A stretch of 44,174 nt of DNA. Source: Phoronis australis. Its lineage: Eukaryota; Animalia; Phoronida. Below the pieces are notes generated by a model that ran no database searches, was not told the DNA's origin, and was given only the letters and a program-made list of their open reading frames with translations. The DNA is taken from the NCBI GenBank assembly GCA_002633005.1, contig NMRA01000586.1:1-44174 (forward strand), read 5' to 3'. Position numbers and translations under genes: made by a program. Of this stretch, positions 10,158 to 21,765 are shown in pieces. Every line of letters starts with the position of its first letter. Within the stretch, counting starts at the first letter, position 1.

Positions 10158-12375
10158 CTGTAAAGGTAAAATTTGTGTCCAGGTATTTGTAAGCTTACCA
10201 ATAACACCAACTTTAGCCCAGTTTTAGGGATGCTCACAAGGTGAGACCAATTGTACAACACTAAACCAAGTGTCAAGTCAATTTGTAGTTATTTTGTAGG
10301 TGAATCAATCACCAATAATTATTTTGCAAAGAATGCATATAGTGTTCAGTTTACAAAATCCTGGAGAGTTAGTGGCTTACCTAACTTAACTAAATCCTTA
10401 GTACTAAAAACATAAAGATCCTAATTATTTTTAGGAATTCTAACAAGCCATATCCAGATAGCAAGTTACCCTGGAGGAAATTGAAACATGAGACAATTCA
10501 ATCTTTTCTCAAAGAGCGCACATCTGAATGGTGTCAATGTGGGCAGATGTAAGTTGCATTGACCCCTTCTAGGTAAACTCATGTTGGGCAACTGCCATCT
10601 GGTTACAGCGTGATACTACCTGTTTTCTGACCAAACTAGCTGATATCTTCACTGTATATAGTACTATAGGGATGTTTATATCAACTCAGACCATCATGTC
10701 AATGCAAACAAAGTAAAATTCTATTGTCTGCAATCAACATAAGTGATGTGAGCATCATAATCAAGGGTATAAGACATCATGCTGTAAAATAGAAAATGAA
10801 AAATACTCTTTGAAATTAAAGGTTACTAATGAGCTTATTTCTTACAATGAATATTTTCAGTATCAGTATAAAATATGTTTTAATTTCCTACAAAACATCT
10901 CGTTACTAACAAAAGGCTGTTAGGAATTGTTTTCAAAATGTTGCATGTTTACCTAAGATGCCATGAAAAAATACAATGTCAATTTTATAAAGAAATACCT
11001 TTACATGGTGGATGAAACAACAACAGAAATTTTTTGTTTTTCATGATTTTATCATGGAATATTCAGTTGAAATGAATCTGGACATGCTGCTAATACGACT
11101 GTTTTGTTACAAGATTGTACACTTATAACTTTCATTTTTAAAATGTAGTTTACTAATACTAGCAAGGTCAAATGACCCCAAAAATCACAAATTCGTCTAT
11201 GATCTAAAAATGAGATTCTGTAAACCTTCAGAAAAAAATAAATCTAGACTTCTATTGATACTTACTGTAAACGTAGGTAGAGCAGGAACATACTGATAAT
11301 GTACAGAAAATAAGAAACAGAATCAACACACATAAATGCAATATATCTTTTGGACACCATGCACAAAGTTTTCCCTAAGATGGATCTGCAAACTCTAACT
11401 GTCAACTTAGGCATGGGACATTAGTATGGTAGTCACTCCTATTTATACAGACAAGTCAAAAGCTGTCCATAATCAATGAGTGCACAGCCAATGATACCAG
11501 ACATACTTCACAATTGATGGGCACTGTACAAGATTTTTTGAACCGTGCAACAAGTGTTCAACAGTATGACAGGTTTTGTTCAATTCCAGAGTTTAAGACG
11601 ACTGTTACTCATGGTTTACTTTTCACACGCTTGATAAAACAGGCAACTTCAGTGTCCTTATTTTATTCACCAGTTACTGTACAATGTCGAAGTAATCATC
11701 CTGTTGCGTCCTGAACACCGAGCGGATTGCACGACGCAAGTAGTTCTTCTGGTGGCTAAAGTAGATACTCCTACTATAAACTTGAATACCCATGAACTGA
11801 AAGTCTCAGGATTTTAGAAGGCAAATTTCCCAAAAATAAAATGGTGTTCCTTGCATGTTTCTCCTGTTAGTGGCTGCAAGTGTAGCATAGTATGTAAGAA
11901 TTAAGAAAAAACAATGTTTTTTATAAACAATTCGGTACTTGCATTTCTGGTGTCAAAAAGGTGTTTTTAGCCACTGAAGGCTGTCTTTGAAACAAGTCAC
12001 GTCACGCGAACACTGGCTGTTGACTTGCACAATCTCTAGTATGCATTTTTTTCTGAAATTTTTTTGATATTATAGGGCTTGCACATTGGGAGCCATGAGA
12101 TGTGGGCGTAAGCAGCCGTGGGCATATTATTCGTGCCGCCTACTGGTCTCTAACAAAACAGTTACTTCAATATTATGGTAAACAGAATAAAGACAAGCAT
12201 TCAAATTTTAATGTGTTCACGCTCCGCCTATTTATTTCACCCAGATATCACAAATATCTCACCAGCGTACTAAGTCGCAGACGTGTACTAGCAGTCATTA
12301 CCCGCCAAATCTTGAAATATTCCTAATCAGGCTGAACTAGGCCTACCACTATTGAAACTGTTATTTTTTACTTAC

Positions 12376-12534
12376 CCCTTTGACTTCCTTACGGGTGATG
12401 ACCCTTGCTATAGGCCAGAGATCTTCAGAGATGTTTTGTCTTTCCCTTTTAGATGAATATCTCTCAACTTTTGGTAGTTTCGGGCTACTAAGCGCCACAA
12501 AATCAATTCGGACCTTCCTGGTACTTCTCTCCAT
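12376..12534 (-). CDS. Chromodomain protein, exon 1 (53 codons)
   Basis: MERSTRKVRIDFVALSSPKLPKVERYSSKRERQNISEDLWPIARVITRKEVKG followed by a GTAAGT donor in phase 0. Splicing to 9286 completes a canonical chromodomain. Confidence 0.8.
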
Positions 12535-12614
12535 TAGATACGCGGAGTGTGAAGCGCTGATTGGTCAATGAGCGATGACCTAGATTACGTGCAGCGAACC
12601 TGGCGGATGACATA

Positions 12615-12635
12615 GTTTACGTATTGCTGGTAATG
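12615..12635 (-). repeat. Right terminal inverted repeat of the RAG1-like transposon
   Basis: GTTTACGTATTGCTGGTAATG, inverted relative to 2845-2865. Confidence 0.8.
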
Positions 12636-12778
12636 TTTGCTCAAACCCATGTTTCATATTATTATATTGATAACTTTTCCTCGTGAAGGTAGTGATCTCA
12701 GCAGTTATATCACTTATGGTGTTTTGTCAAGTAGTAGAACCTTGTACTGCTATGACACAAATTTTGAAGGTTCCTATG

Positions 12779-13024
12779 TTGTAGTTAAGTCCCACTTTAA
12801 ATATTTTGCTCACCATGTGAGTTATTCTTTACATGGAGGGATTCATACTTATGGATGATCTCATCAGGGATTGCATGTAACACTATTTGGGTGTGTATAT
12901 TTGTAGTTAAGTCCCACTTTAAATATTTTGCTCACCATGTGAGTTATTGTTTACATGGAGGGATTCATACTTATGGATGACCTCATCAGGGATTGCATGT
13001 AACACTGTTTGGGTGTGTATATTT
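12779..13024. repeat. 122-bp tandem duplication (2 near-identical copies)
   Basis: TTGTAGTTAAGTCCCACTTT... starts at 12779 and 12901 with only a few substitutions. Confidence 0.9.
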
Positions 13025-14545
13025 GTTACATGTTCATTGTATAAAGTGTATTGTTTATATTGCAGAGTTTATAATTGTTAGTTAAAAAGATTTCGGTAGG
13101 TTATCTCAACAGTGCTTAGTGCATGTTTTGCTCATCCTGTGAAATGCAATATTTATACTGAAGAGTTTATCATCGCTACTGCCTGTGTCCCTTATTGCTT
13201 TTCCCATAGTATGAACAACTAGTCATGTTAACGTTTGAAATTCTCATGTACAATATATATTACACTATTCCGAAATCTTACACTTATTTTCATTGCCCAA
13301 GCACTAATCTGAAGAGTGGCCTACTAGTTGTGGAATGCGCACAATGCATTGTTAAAGCGAGGTGATCGTATGCCGCTGGGTTTTTGTTTTCTTACTCTTT
13401 GTGAACGCAGTGCCTGTAATTCGCATTTATTCCTAAGTTTATGCAATCATTTTAAATTACAAAACATGAAACCCTGGGAACCGGTGGGGCAGTTAAATTT
13501 TGACATCGACAATATATACGTGTCATTTGAAGTAGTAGCCCGTTGTAGGGTGCCACGACCAAAAATATGGGTACACATCACATGTTTAACCACAAACAAC
13601 AAGTGAAAGAGTTACTTTTTCAGGTAAGCGACGCGTTGCGCGCTTTGGTTGTTTTTGTCCGTTTTAGGTGGCAAGTGGCGCTTTTTTCTTTGACGATTTC
13701 GCTGAGGTACGTTTCAGAAAATCGTACTGTAGGCCTAAGTCATTTTTTCTGTGCCAGTTCATTTAGGTACACAGCAACTGAAAAAATGGATAAATCACGT
13801 CATTTTAAATCTCCATATCGCTCCGTTATGGCCACTTCGACTTGGATGGATTTTGGCTCTTTCAAACACTCCTCCATGCTCTATTTTTTGAAGTTCGTTA
13901 ACGAAAACGCGTACCAGGATGTAAGGTTCGTGCCCTCCCCCTCGAGTTTTAGTTGGTAATTTTGACATGAAGATGATGGTGATATTTATGCGTTCCTTGA
14001 CGAGAATTCCAGCAAGTCAAGTTTTGCCTAATTCAGCTTTTCATTCATTTTTATACCGTGTATGGTCGCTGGCAAAATAAGATACCATCAAGATTTTAGT
14101 CTAGATGTTTCCTAACTCGGTTTTTGGCCATAACACTAGTTATAGGAATCTGATTATGAGCGCGCAAGAGAAGACGGAACATATTTGCGACGTTTCGTTT
14201 ACTCAAAGTTAATGAGCCTAAACGTCAGAAAATATTTGTTTTCTCTTTCTCGCTTATAATGATTTTCAAGGGTTTCCGTTATTCAATTTCGGCAAGGTCG
14301 TCGCTTTCTCGCAAAACTACCGATTGGATGATCAATTACGCACTTATTTACTCTCCGTTTTAACGTTGATCATCGTCAATACACCTCCAAAAATTGCACA
14401 TCGTCTTTGCGCAAACTACATTGAGATTTAAGTCTCCCGAAAAAAGTTGACGATCGGATAGTGTTTAAAAGTCTAATTCTAAATTTCTCCAGTTAGTGCA
14501 CAAATGAAGTAAAAGAAAGTAGTTCTGCTTGTCGCGTCAGCTGTT

Positions 14546-14788
14546 GGTATCATTATCTCGACTTATGACCCACAACGCGTGACAGGACAAAGCCTTTTCA
14601 ATTTAGCCGGTGGAGCGTGAGACCCCTGAGGTCCCAATCGAGTCCTCACGACAACTCCGCGTTATGNGGTATCATTATCTCGATTTATGACCCACAACGC
14701 GTGACTGGACAAAGCCTTTTCAATTTAGCCGGTGGAGCGTGAGATCCCTGAGGTCCCAATCGAGTCCTCACGACAACTTCGCGTTATG
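14546..14788. repeat. ~121-bp duplication flanking an N (probable assembly overlap)
   Basis: GGTATCATTATCTCGA... at 14546 and 14668 on either side of the N at 14667, with 4 substitutions. Confidence 0.8.
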
Positions 14789-15509
14789 TTAGCCGTACCT
14801 CTTGTACGTTGCCTCGAAGGCTCTCTGATCACCTTTAAACTCGGATTCTATTAATGTGGTACGCTAAAAGCTGTTAAGTTGTAGTTAATACGTATACACA
14901 TGTGTTGACTGCTAGTAAAGTTTTCTTGAGAACCACATTTCTTTTAATTTCATACCCTATATTCATCTATAATGCGTTTAAAAAACACTCCCACTTCCCC
15001 ACAAAATTTTGAGAAAACAAAATTTTCAACTTCGGCTGTCTTAGGAAATACGTCACACGAGGAAGATAACCCGATCAATGCCGAGTCTGTTCATAGTGTC
15101 CAGTGCCAAGAGGAGTACTTTCGTTTTTTCGAATTTAGACGGATTTTTAGATTAAGCTAGAGTAAACATTTGAATAATGCCCAGCCGTTGTGTAGTTGGA
15201 TGCTGTGACAATACGCCACGGCCTGGGATATCTTTAGTTTGCACAAGTTTCCCACTGATTCAAGACTGCTTTGCAAGTGGGAAGACTTTGTTAAGACCAC
15301 GAGTGGAGTGTTGCCGTATTTGGTAGCATGTAGCGAACATAGTTTTATGGAATGCTTCGAGGACGATAGCCTGCGATCCAAGTATAGTTGTCAATCAAGA
15401 TAGGTGAAATTTTAGAGAGTATTCAAAACGGTACATGCCGTCGCCTTGCGCAAGGTAGTAGGCCTTGGGCTAGTATTAAACCTAACATTCAAAATGGCGG
15501 AAAGCATCG

Positions 15510-16600
15510 CAACGCCAGAAATTTGTAACATTCTTGATCCGCTAGGTGACGCTTAGCGCCATGTCCCTAACCAATCATAACAACGCATAGTGAGGTTAAA
15601 GGTCATGAAGCTTGGCACTATTACCGGAGCCGAAGTCAGTATGCTCTGCAGAGCAATATTTATCAAGTTTACAATAACAGCATTTGGAATGTCTGGGTCT
15701 ACAGTATGACAGTGCTAGCTGGGTGATTGGGGTCACAGACACAGCTATCAACATAACCACAACAAATTTGAACTGAACGCCAGCCAGCCAGCCGCGTGTG
15801 CTTGCAATTGGCTTAAACGGCTGCCAAAGCGCTTTTTATTAATTTTCTGATGTTTTTCAATACATATTTGTGTCCGGAATCCACTCCAATGTAACAGTAC
15901 TGTGATCACAAAAAACGAAATAACATTTTGAAGATTACTAGTATATCAACTATATAGGCCTACTCACAGGCGAAACTTGCATAATGACTGTAAAAAATCC
16001 GACTTCGAAAGTATTTCTGAACTCATACCGGATGAGAAAATGAACAAATCAGTTTCTTACCGATTCTACGCTAATCTCTCATCTACAGAGTGCAAATTCC
16101 ATTGCAAAGAGTCGACAGCCAGGCGATCGGCGACATTTCATCTCACTGACAGCACTGTACGCCGATCCATTTTCTGAACACAAGAGACGTGAAAAAATTT
16201 TCGAGAAACAACATGAAATTTGGATCAGCAACCTCTGAGTACTCCTGGTAGTCACCTAGGCTATCGGCAAATCCGATGGCAACATGAATTCAGCCACAAA
16301 CTTGACTTCAAAATGAGCTATGTGCTCAAATAGTGGCTTCCGGACGATCGTTAACATAGGCCTGAACGGGGTAACCTTCAAACTTCAAGAGACGTGGAAA
16401 AATTTTCACCATTGGCGCTGATATTTGGCGGTAACATGTCTTAACATACACTCTATGTGACAGGCTATCGGCAAATTGTGTAGTTATCTCCCCTTGCTTA
16501 TAAATTCCTGATTTTGCCTGCTCTTGTGTATTTCATATGGAGGGCTGCTGGCAAGATTTAGCGCATGCGCAGTTGTGCATGTTACAAATTTCTGGCGTTG
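15510..16600 (+). mobile_element. Non-autonomous (MITE-like) relative of the RAG1-like transposon, in opposite orientation
   Basis: Perfect 22-bp TIR CAACGCCAGAAATTTGTAACAT (15510-15531 / 16579-16600). Both ends share subterminal motifs with 2845-12635. No convincing ORF. Confidence 0.8.
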
Positions 16601-17015
16601 GACGAACACTGTCGGACAGGATTAGTGCAAGTAGCCAGTGGATTGCTTTTCTTTTGAATAACGATTTTTGCAGCATAAACGCTTATAGATGGATGTGCTG
16701 AATAGCTTGATGCTTGTTACCTGTCGTTGCAATCCTAGTCGATCGCTAGCTGAACTGAATGAACAGTAAGAGTAGGGCGGTCTAACCAATTTTTCTTGAT
16801 TATCAAAAATATTTAAATATAACATAATTTATCCCACTCAATAAAAATTGAAAAATTATCAAAATCGGGTCAAGCAATGCAAAGTTATTGCAATTTTGAG
16901 GCGAAATTTGGGTCATTTGTTTGGATTGGGTCGGCCATCTTGGACGACAGCGGCATTGTTGTGAATGCGGTTTTCTTTCATTGTGTGGCGTCATGCCGTG
17001 CTGTCTGTGTTCGTC

Positions 17016-17017
<2 letters not shown>

Positions 17018-17070
<53 letters not shown>
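17018..17070. repeat. (TG)n microsatellite
   Basis: Uninterrupted TG dinucleotide run. Confidence 0.98.
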
Positions 17071-17071
<1 letters not shown>

Positions 17072-17982
17072 GTTTTCATGGTGAGCTTGAATATATTAAG
17101 TCACATGAGTCTGGGCTGGGCACGCTTTTGAATTCAGGCTGAGGTGTTGCACAGTCAAGTCGGACGGCTATAAGTCTGGTATGTCCATCTCCTGAACTAC
17201 CTGCTTGCAGGCCGCGTTTACTATAGTCTCGAGTTTAAAACCTTGTGTAAATTACTTTCACCAACAATTTACGATGACATTTAGTGAGAACTGTCTACAC
17301 CTACAATTCTGAGTGATTAAGCAGCTTTCACTAGATTTCAGCCACGCAGATTTAGTTATTGAGTGACAAAAATTCTAGCATTTCCCGTTGGACCACAATA
17401 AGCTATGTTGGATTGCGAAGCTTCCAGCCTCCAATCCTTGTTCATTCTAAGTTCTTATTTGTTAAATCATGCTTGTCGAATTCTAACGTAAGGAAGCACC
17501 TGGTCGCAATGGTAACAGTTAGGCATGTCCACTTTCATATCATGTAAACTTGTCGTGTTGTTGGATAACGTTAGTAAGGCTTAAATGTTCTAAGGTACTG
17601 TGCATTCTAAGTTAGTTATTTTGGTAAAAAATTGGATCATTTTGGCTTACATGTCAACTTTATTATACTGAGAGTATTTCAGTTTTGACCTATGTACCGT
17701 AGATGTAACCCTAAACTACCTTGAAAGCCTTCCACTGTAGAAATCAAATATATAATTCCGACAGAAAGTACTAGATTTAAATTTGAACTGGGGAGTACCG
17801 AAAATTTACATCATAATCGTCTTCTGATTTGTTCTTTCATTTCTATGACTCAGTGACCAAACCATGATAGAATTAACTTGGCGTTATGAAGGTCTGAAAT
17901 AATATGTTCATTGGCATCTTCGGGTAATATTTCTTGATGCCTTAGGTTTACCATTATTTCAATAGATTAACACATAAATTTT

Positions 17983-19786
17983 AACAAGAGGAAGAGAGCG
18001 TTGAAATGCGCCCACGAATGCATTGCAAATGGTGTGCTTTTAGGGTTATTTATTTGCAGGCGCAAAAAGTACAATCCATCCAAAATCGGGAACATGCCAT
18101 ATTTCATAAAAACTGTCAAGGAACTTCAGAGAAACAAAGGAAAACACAACAAAACGAAATTGCCACTTGTGGGCACAGCGTCCGTTCAATCCGCCTGAAA
18201 GTCGCCGTCTGTTATCTTCATATATATTCACTTACTAAATTTAATAATGATCCTGCAATGGGCTTTGTAGATACAGCTAAGGGTGAAAAATAAAACAAAA
18301 CTACCACTAGGAGGCACCACAGTATTCAGTCGCCATCATCAAACGTCCTCTTCACACTAAAAAAATATAGGCCAATTTTCAAAACCATCCCTAGAATGAT
18401 TTAGTTGATCTAGGGGTGGACACCAAAAACAAGATTTGAAAACATCAAAAATGGCCACTAGGTGGCGCAAAATACCTCTCTTACATCCAAAAACAGGGTG
18501 ATAGTATCGTCTTAACAATAGATGCCTATATTCAAAGTTTTTAAAAATTTGTTGAGGACCTTTGAAGATACAGACTGGTAAACGTAAAAAAACTAAAATT
18601 GTCCCTAGGGAGCATACCAGTAGTCAGATCCATGCGAAAGTCGTCGTCCCTTTTCAACATCATATAAATACACTTGATGGATTAACTGAAGATCCTGCAA
18701 ACAGTTAAGGAGATACAGCCATGAGCACAAAAAAGCAAAACTGCCACTAGGAGGCGCCACAGTAGTCGAACTCGTCGGAAAATCATCGTCAGCCGTCCAC
18801 TTCATAGTAAAAACATAAGTGTCAATTTTCACAATTATCCTGAAAACGGTTAGGTTGACAAGTTGATGCCAAAAAACTGACCCGAAAACAGTAAAATTGG
18901 CCACTAGGTAGCGCAAACTAGGTCGACTCTTTCTGAAAACAGAGAGATAGCGTCACCTCATTAACAGATTCCAGTATGCCAAATTTTATGAAAATGAATT
19001 GAGGACCTTTGAACATACAGAGGTAAATGAAAAAAAAAAATTGCCACTAGGTGGTACACCAGTAGTCAGATCCATCCAAAAACGGGAGGACAGCGTCATC
19101 TCACTAATAAGTGCCTATTAAAATATACCAAACTTTTTGAAAATCCGTTCACAACGTTTGAAGATACAGAGGTAAATGTAAAAAACTAAAGCTGCCTCTA
19201 GAAGGCACACCAGTAGTCGGATCCGTCCTAAAGTTGTTGTCATCGGTTGTCAACATCATATAAATACACTTACTAAATTTAGTAAAGATCCTTCGAACAG
19301 TTTAGGAGATACAGCCATAGGCGCAAAAAACTGCCATTAGGAGGTGCCACAGTAGTTGAAATCGTCGGAAAATCATGCTTTTAACGGTATGGTTCATAGA
19401 GGGATGAAGGCAAAAAACAGACTCGAAAACAGTAAAAATGGCCACTAGGTGGGGCAAACTACGTTGAATCCATCCGAAAACTGGAGAACAGCGTCATGCC
19501 ACTAATAGGTGCTTACATATCAAAGTTTATGAAAATCTGTTCAGGACTTTTGAAGATAATGAGGTAAACGAAAAAAACAACTCAAATTGCCACTAGGGGG
19601 CACACCGGTAGTTGGATCCGTCCCTAAGTTCGCTCATGCCGTCCCATTCATGAAAGGAAGGCATGTGCAAAATTTCATAAGCATACCTGAAGGCATTTTA
19701 GAGATAGAGGAGCGGACCCCGGACGGACGGACGGACGGAGATGACGGCATAATGCGTCCATATATAAATATGTGGGCTTTTAAAAA
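17983..19786 (+). mobile_element. HINE/pearl-like element, apparently full-length
   Basis: 5' AACAAGAG with subterminal ATGCGCCCAC, tandem GCCACTAGG subrepeats, (GGAC)n at ~19721-19738, and a 3' hairpin followed by an A-run. Confidence 0.75.
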
Positions 19787-20602
19787 TCAAGTTCAGAAGA
19801 CTTCCATTTCAATTTTTCTTGCAATTTTGTCATTGAGATTGCCACCTCCACTCACATGTTAATTTTGTGGCTCATTTAAAAGGTGACATCCTTCTTACTC
19901 ACTGCTGAAAATAAAGATTAGAAAATTTTAATATTTTGTATTAGGCTTCATCATCTTTGCCACACTGCTATTTACATTTCGTTGGCAAAAAACCCGAGTT
20001 ATGCCAACAAATGGAATTGAAAGGAATTATCATATGAAGTAAACAAAATAGCCAGTAAGTTCAGTGCAATAACACAGCTGTCTGCCTGGTCTGACATCAC
20101 GGTTATGTAACCGCATAAGCCTGGCGTGCGTTCACTAGACGCTAGGACCTACGCTAGGACCTAGCTAAAACCTAGTCAAAGTCACGTGTTCTCATTTAAA
20201 ATACACGGCAATATCTCACGCAATCTCGCGAAGTCTTGCTTTTTAGCGAGGTCCTAGCGTTACTGAACGGAAGACTGTTTTCAGAATTAACTTGGCTGAA
20301 GTCGGACAAGGTCATTACTGATAGGCTTTTCTAAGTAACCACGCTGTGCGTGCAAAACTGCCCCGTTTAACAGATTCACACAGTGCCATTCTATGTGTTG
20401 AAAAGCAGTTGCATTGGTGTCAAACTCTGTCTTAAAAAACCATTGGTCACATAGCTGCCACCGTTGCAAAATCACAGGCACTGAAATGGTTGACAACACA
20501 GAAATAAGATAATTCGAATCTGACCGTTTTCCTTAAGATCTTCGAGTCTGCGAGTACTTAAAACTAAGCATCACTTAATAAATTCCCAAGACACTGGTAA
20601 GA

Positions 20603-21047
20603 CCAGTGCCGGGTTACATGAAACAGTCCCAAATAGGGACTCAACTAAGTTCCCTAAATCTACCGCGTATTTATGGACTTGTGAAAACACTGATTGTCCT
20701 CTCTTATGCTGTTAGAGTATCATTACCAAGTCAACTTTTGATTTTGATACAAAGTGAGAGTGAACTCAACGTTGAATTCTCAATATTATCGAAAATGTTT
20801 AGGGATCTTTTCATTCAACGTTCCTAACTTAAGGACTAAGTCCCTAATTGTTTTGATTGAATTTTGGGCTCAGATTTTAGTTAGATTTATTAGAAAATGT
20901 CATTAGTCAAAGGGGAGATCACAGTAACAATGAAATGACAGAAAAAGATTACATCTGTGTGTAAACAAGGACGCAGATATAGAGCAAAAGATTTAGGGAA
21001 CTTAGTTGAGTCCCTATATGGGACTGTTTCACGCAACCTGGCACTGG
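20603..21047. mobile_element. ~445-bp MITE with ~58-bp TIRs (possibly PIF/Harbinger-like)
   Basis: CCAGTGCCGGGTTACATGAAACAGTCCCAAATAGGGACTCAACTAAGTTCCCTAAATCT and its near-perfect inverse at the right end; second copy at 36096-36534. Confidence 0.8.
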
Positions 21048-21663
21048 ATCCTAAAATTACTTTTATTTTAGTGTCGTCTGCGGTTCGGTAGGTGTCTCTG
21101 TAGTGTTGTCGTTTGGGTTTCAGAATGTGTTTTTGTGACTTAGCAACACAGTGTGTAATTTTTGTGTTGTTTATTCACTTATGTGTCCCTGGTGTGCTCT
21201 GTTGCCTTTCCTAACATTTTAGCCACTCCTTGGATGTCCGAGGGAGGCCGAAGTACAGAGTATTAATGGCTGTGATCGATTTAACAAGCTGTCTCCTGTT
21301 GGCGCTAGTTATGAGTGTTTGACATCTGCTCCAATTGAACAGCGTGACTAAGGGTTTTGCGCGGCATTACCAGAAGTTAATGCTCAAAAAAGTTTGACGT
21401 TTTATGAGACTCAAGGCTTATGCATGTCAGTCTGTACTAAATTACTTATGGTTTGAATTCGACACTCAGCTCACAACTAAGGCAAGTTTATACAAAAAAT
21501 ATAACGTTTAATGAGACTTGCTTAAAAAGTCTGTTACCAAAGTGCATTATAGTGTGACCATGCAAGTTAAACTGTCGAAACCAAAGCCTGTAGAGCTTTG
21601 CAGCAATTTTTGAAGCACTCGCTGATAATGTGAATGCACTACAATAAATTAAAAAACACCCAC

Positions 21664-21765
21664 CTTATGTTCTCCACCCAAGTTCAACTCATCTTGTTGT
21701 ATTTGTTTCTTAATCTGTTTGCTATCATCGTCTTTGATCAACTGAAGTAACTCGCCCATGTCATG
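21664..21765 (-). CDS. Ankyrin-repeat gene exon (102 nt, N-cap-like repeat)
   Basis: ttttacag|HDMGELLQLIKDDDSKQIKKQIQQDELNLGGEHK|gtgggt; resembles exon 35640-35735; phase 0. Confidence 0.7.

Larger units (their letters stand above)
2845..12635 (-). mobile_element. TIR DNA transposon encoding a RAG1/Transib-clan transposase and a chromodomain protein
   Basis: Perfect 14-bp inverted termini CATTACCAGCAATA (2845-2858 / 12622-12635; 18/21 when extended) enclose both genes. The chromodomain ATG is ~100 bp inside the right end. Both ends are homologous to the element at 15510-16600. Confidence 0.8.

Noticed and set aside
14546-14788. Biological tandem duplication
   Set aside because: The copies abut a single N, typical of overlapping contig or haplotype ends; the same applies around the N at 4841.
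2845-16600. One large element bounded by the inverted GCGCATGCGC/TTGCCGATAGC regions
   Set aside because: Each end has a better, perfect partner (2845 with 12635, 15510 with 16600), so two related elements explain the similarity.
16877-17142. Cys/Val-rich ORFs
   Set aside because: Translation of the (TG)n microsatellite.
19899-19907. Terminal ankyrin-gene exon ttttcag|CAG TGA
   Set aside because: A good acceptor but only one codon, so it cannot be supported without transcripts.
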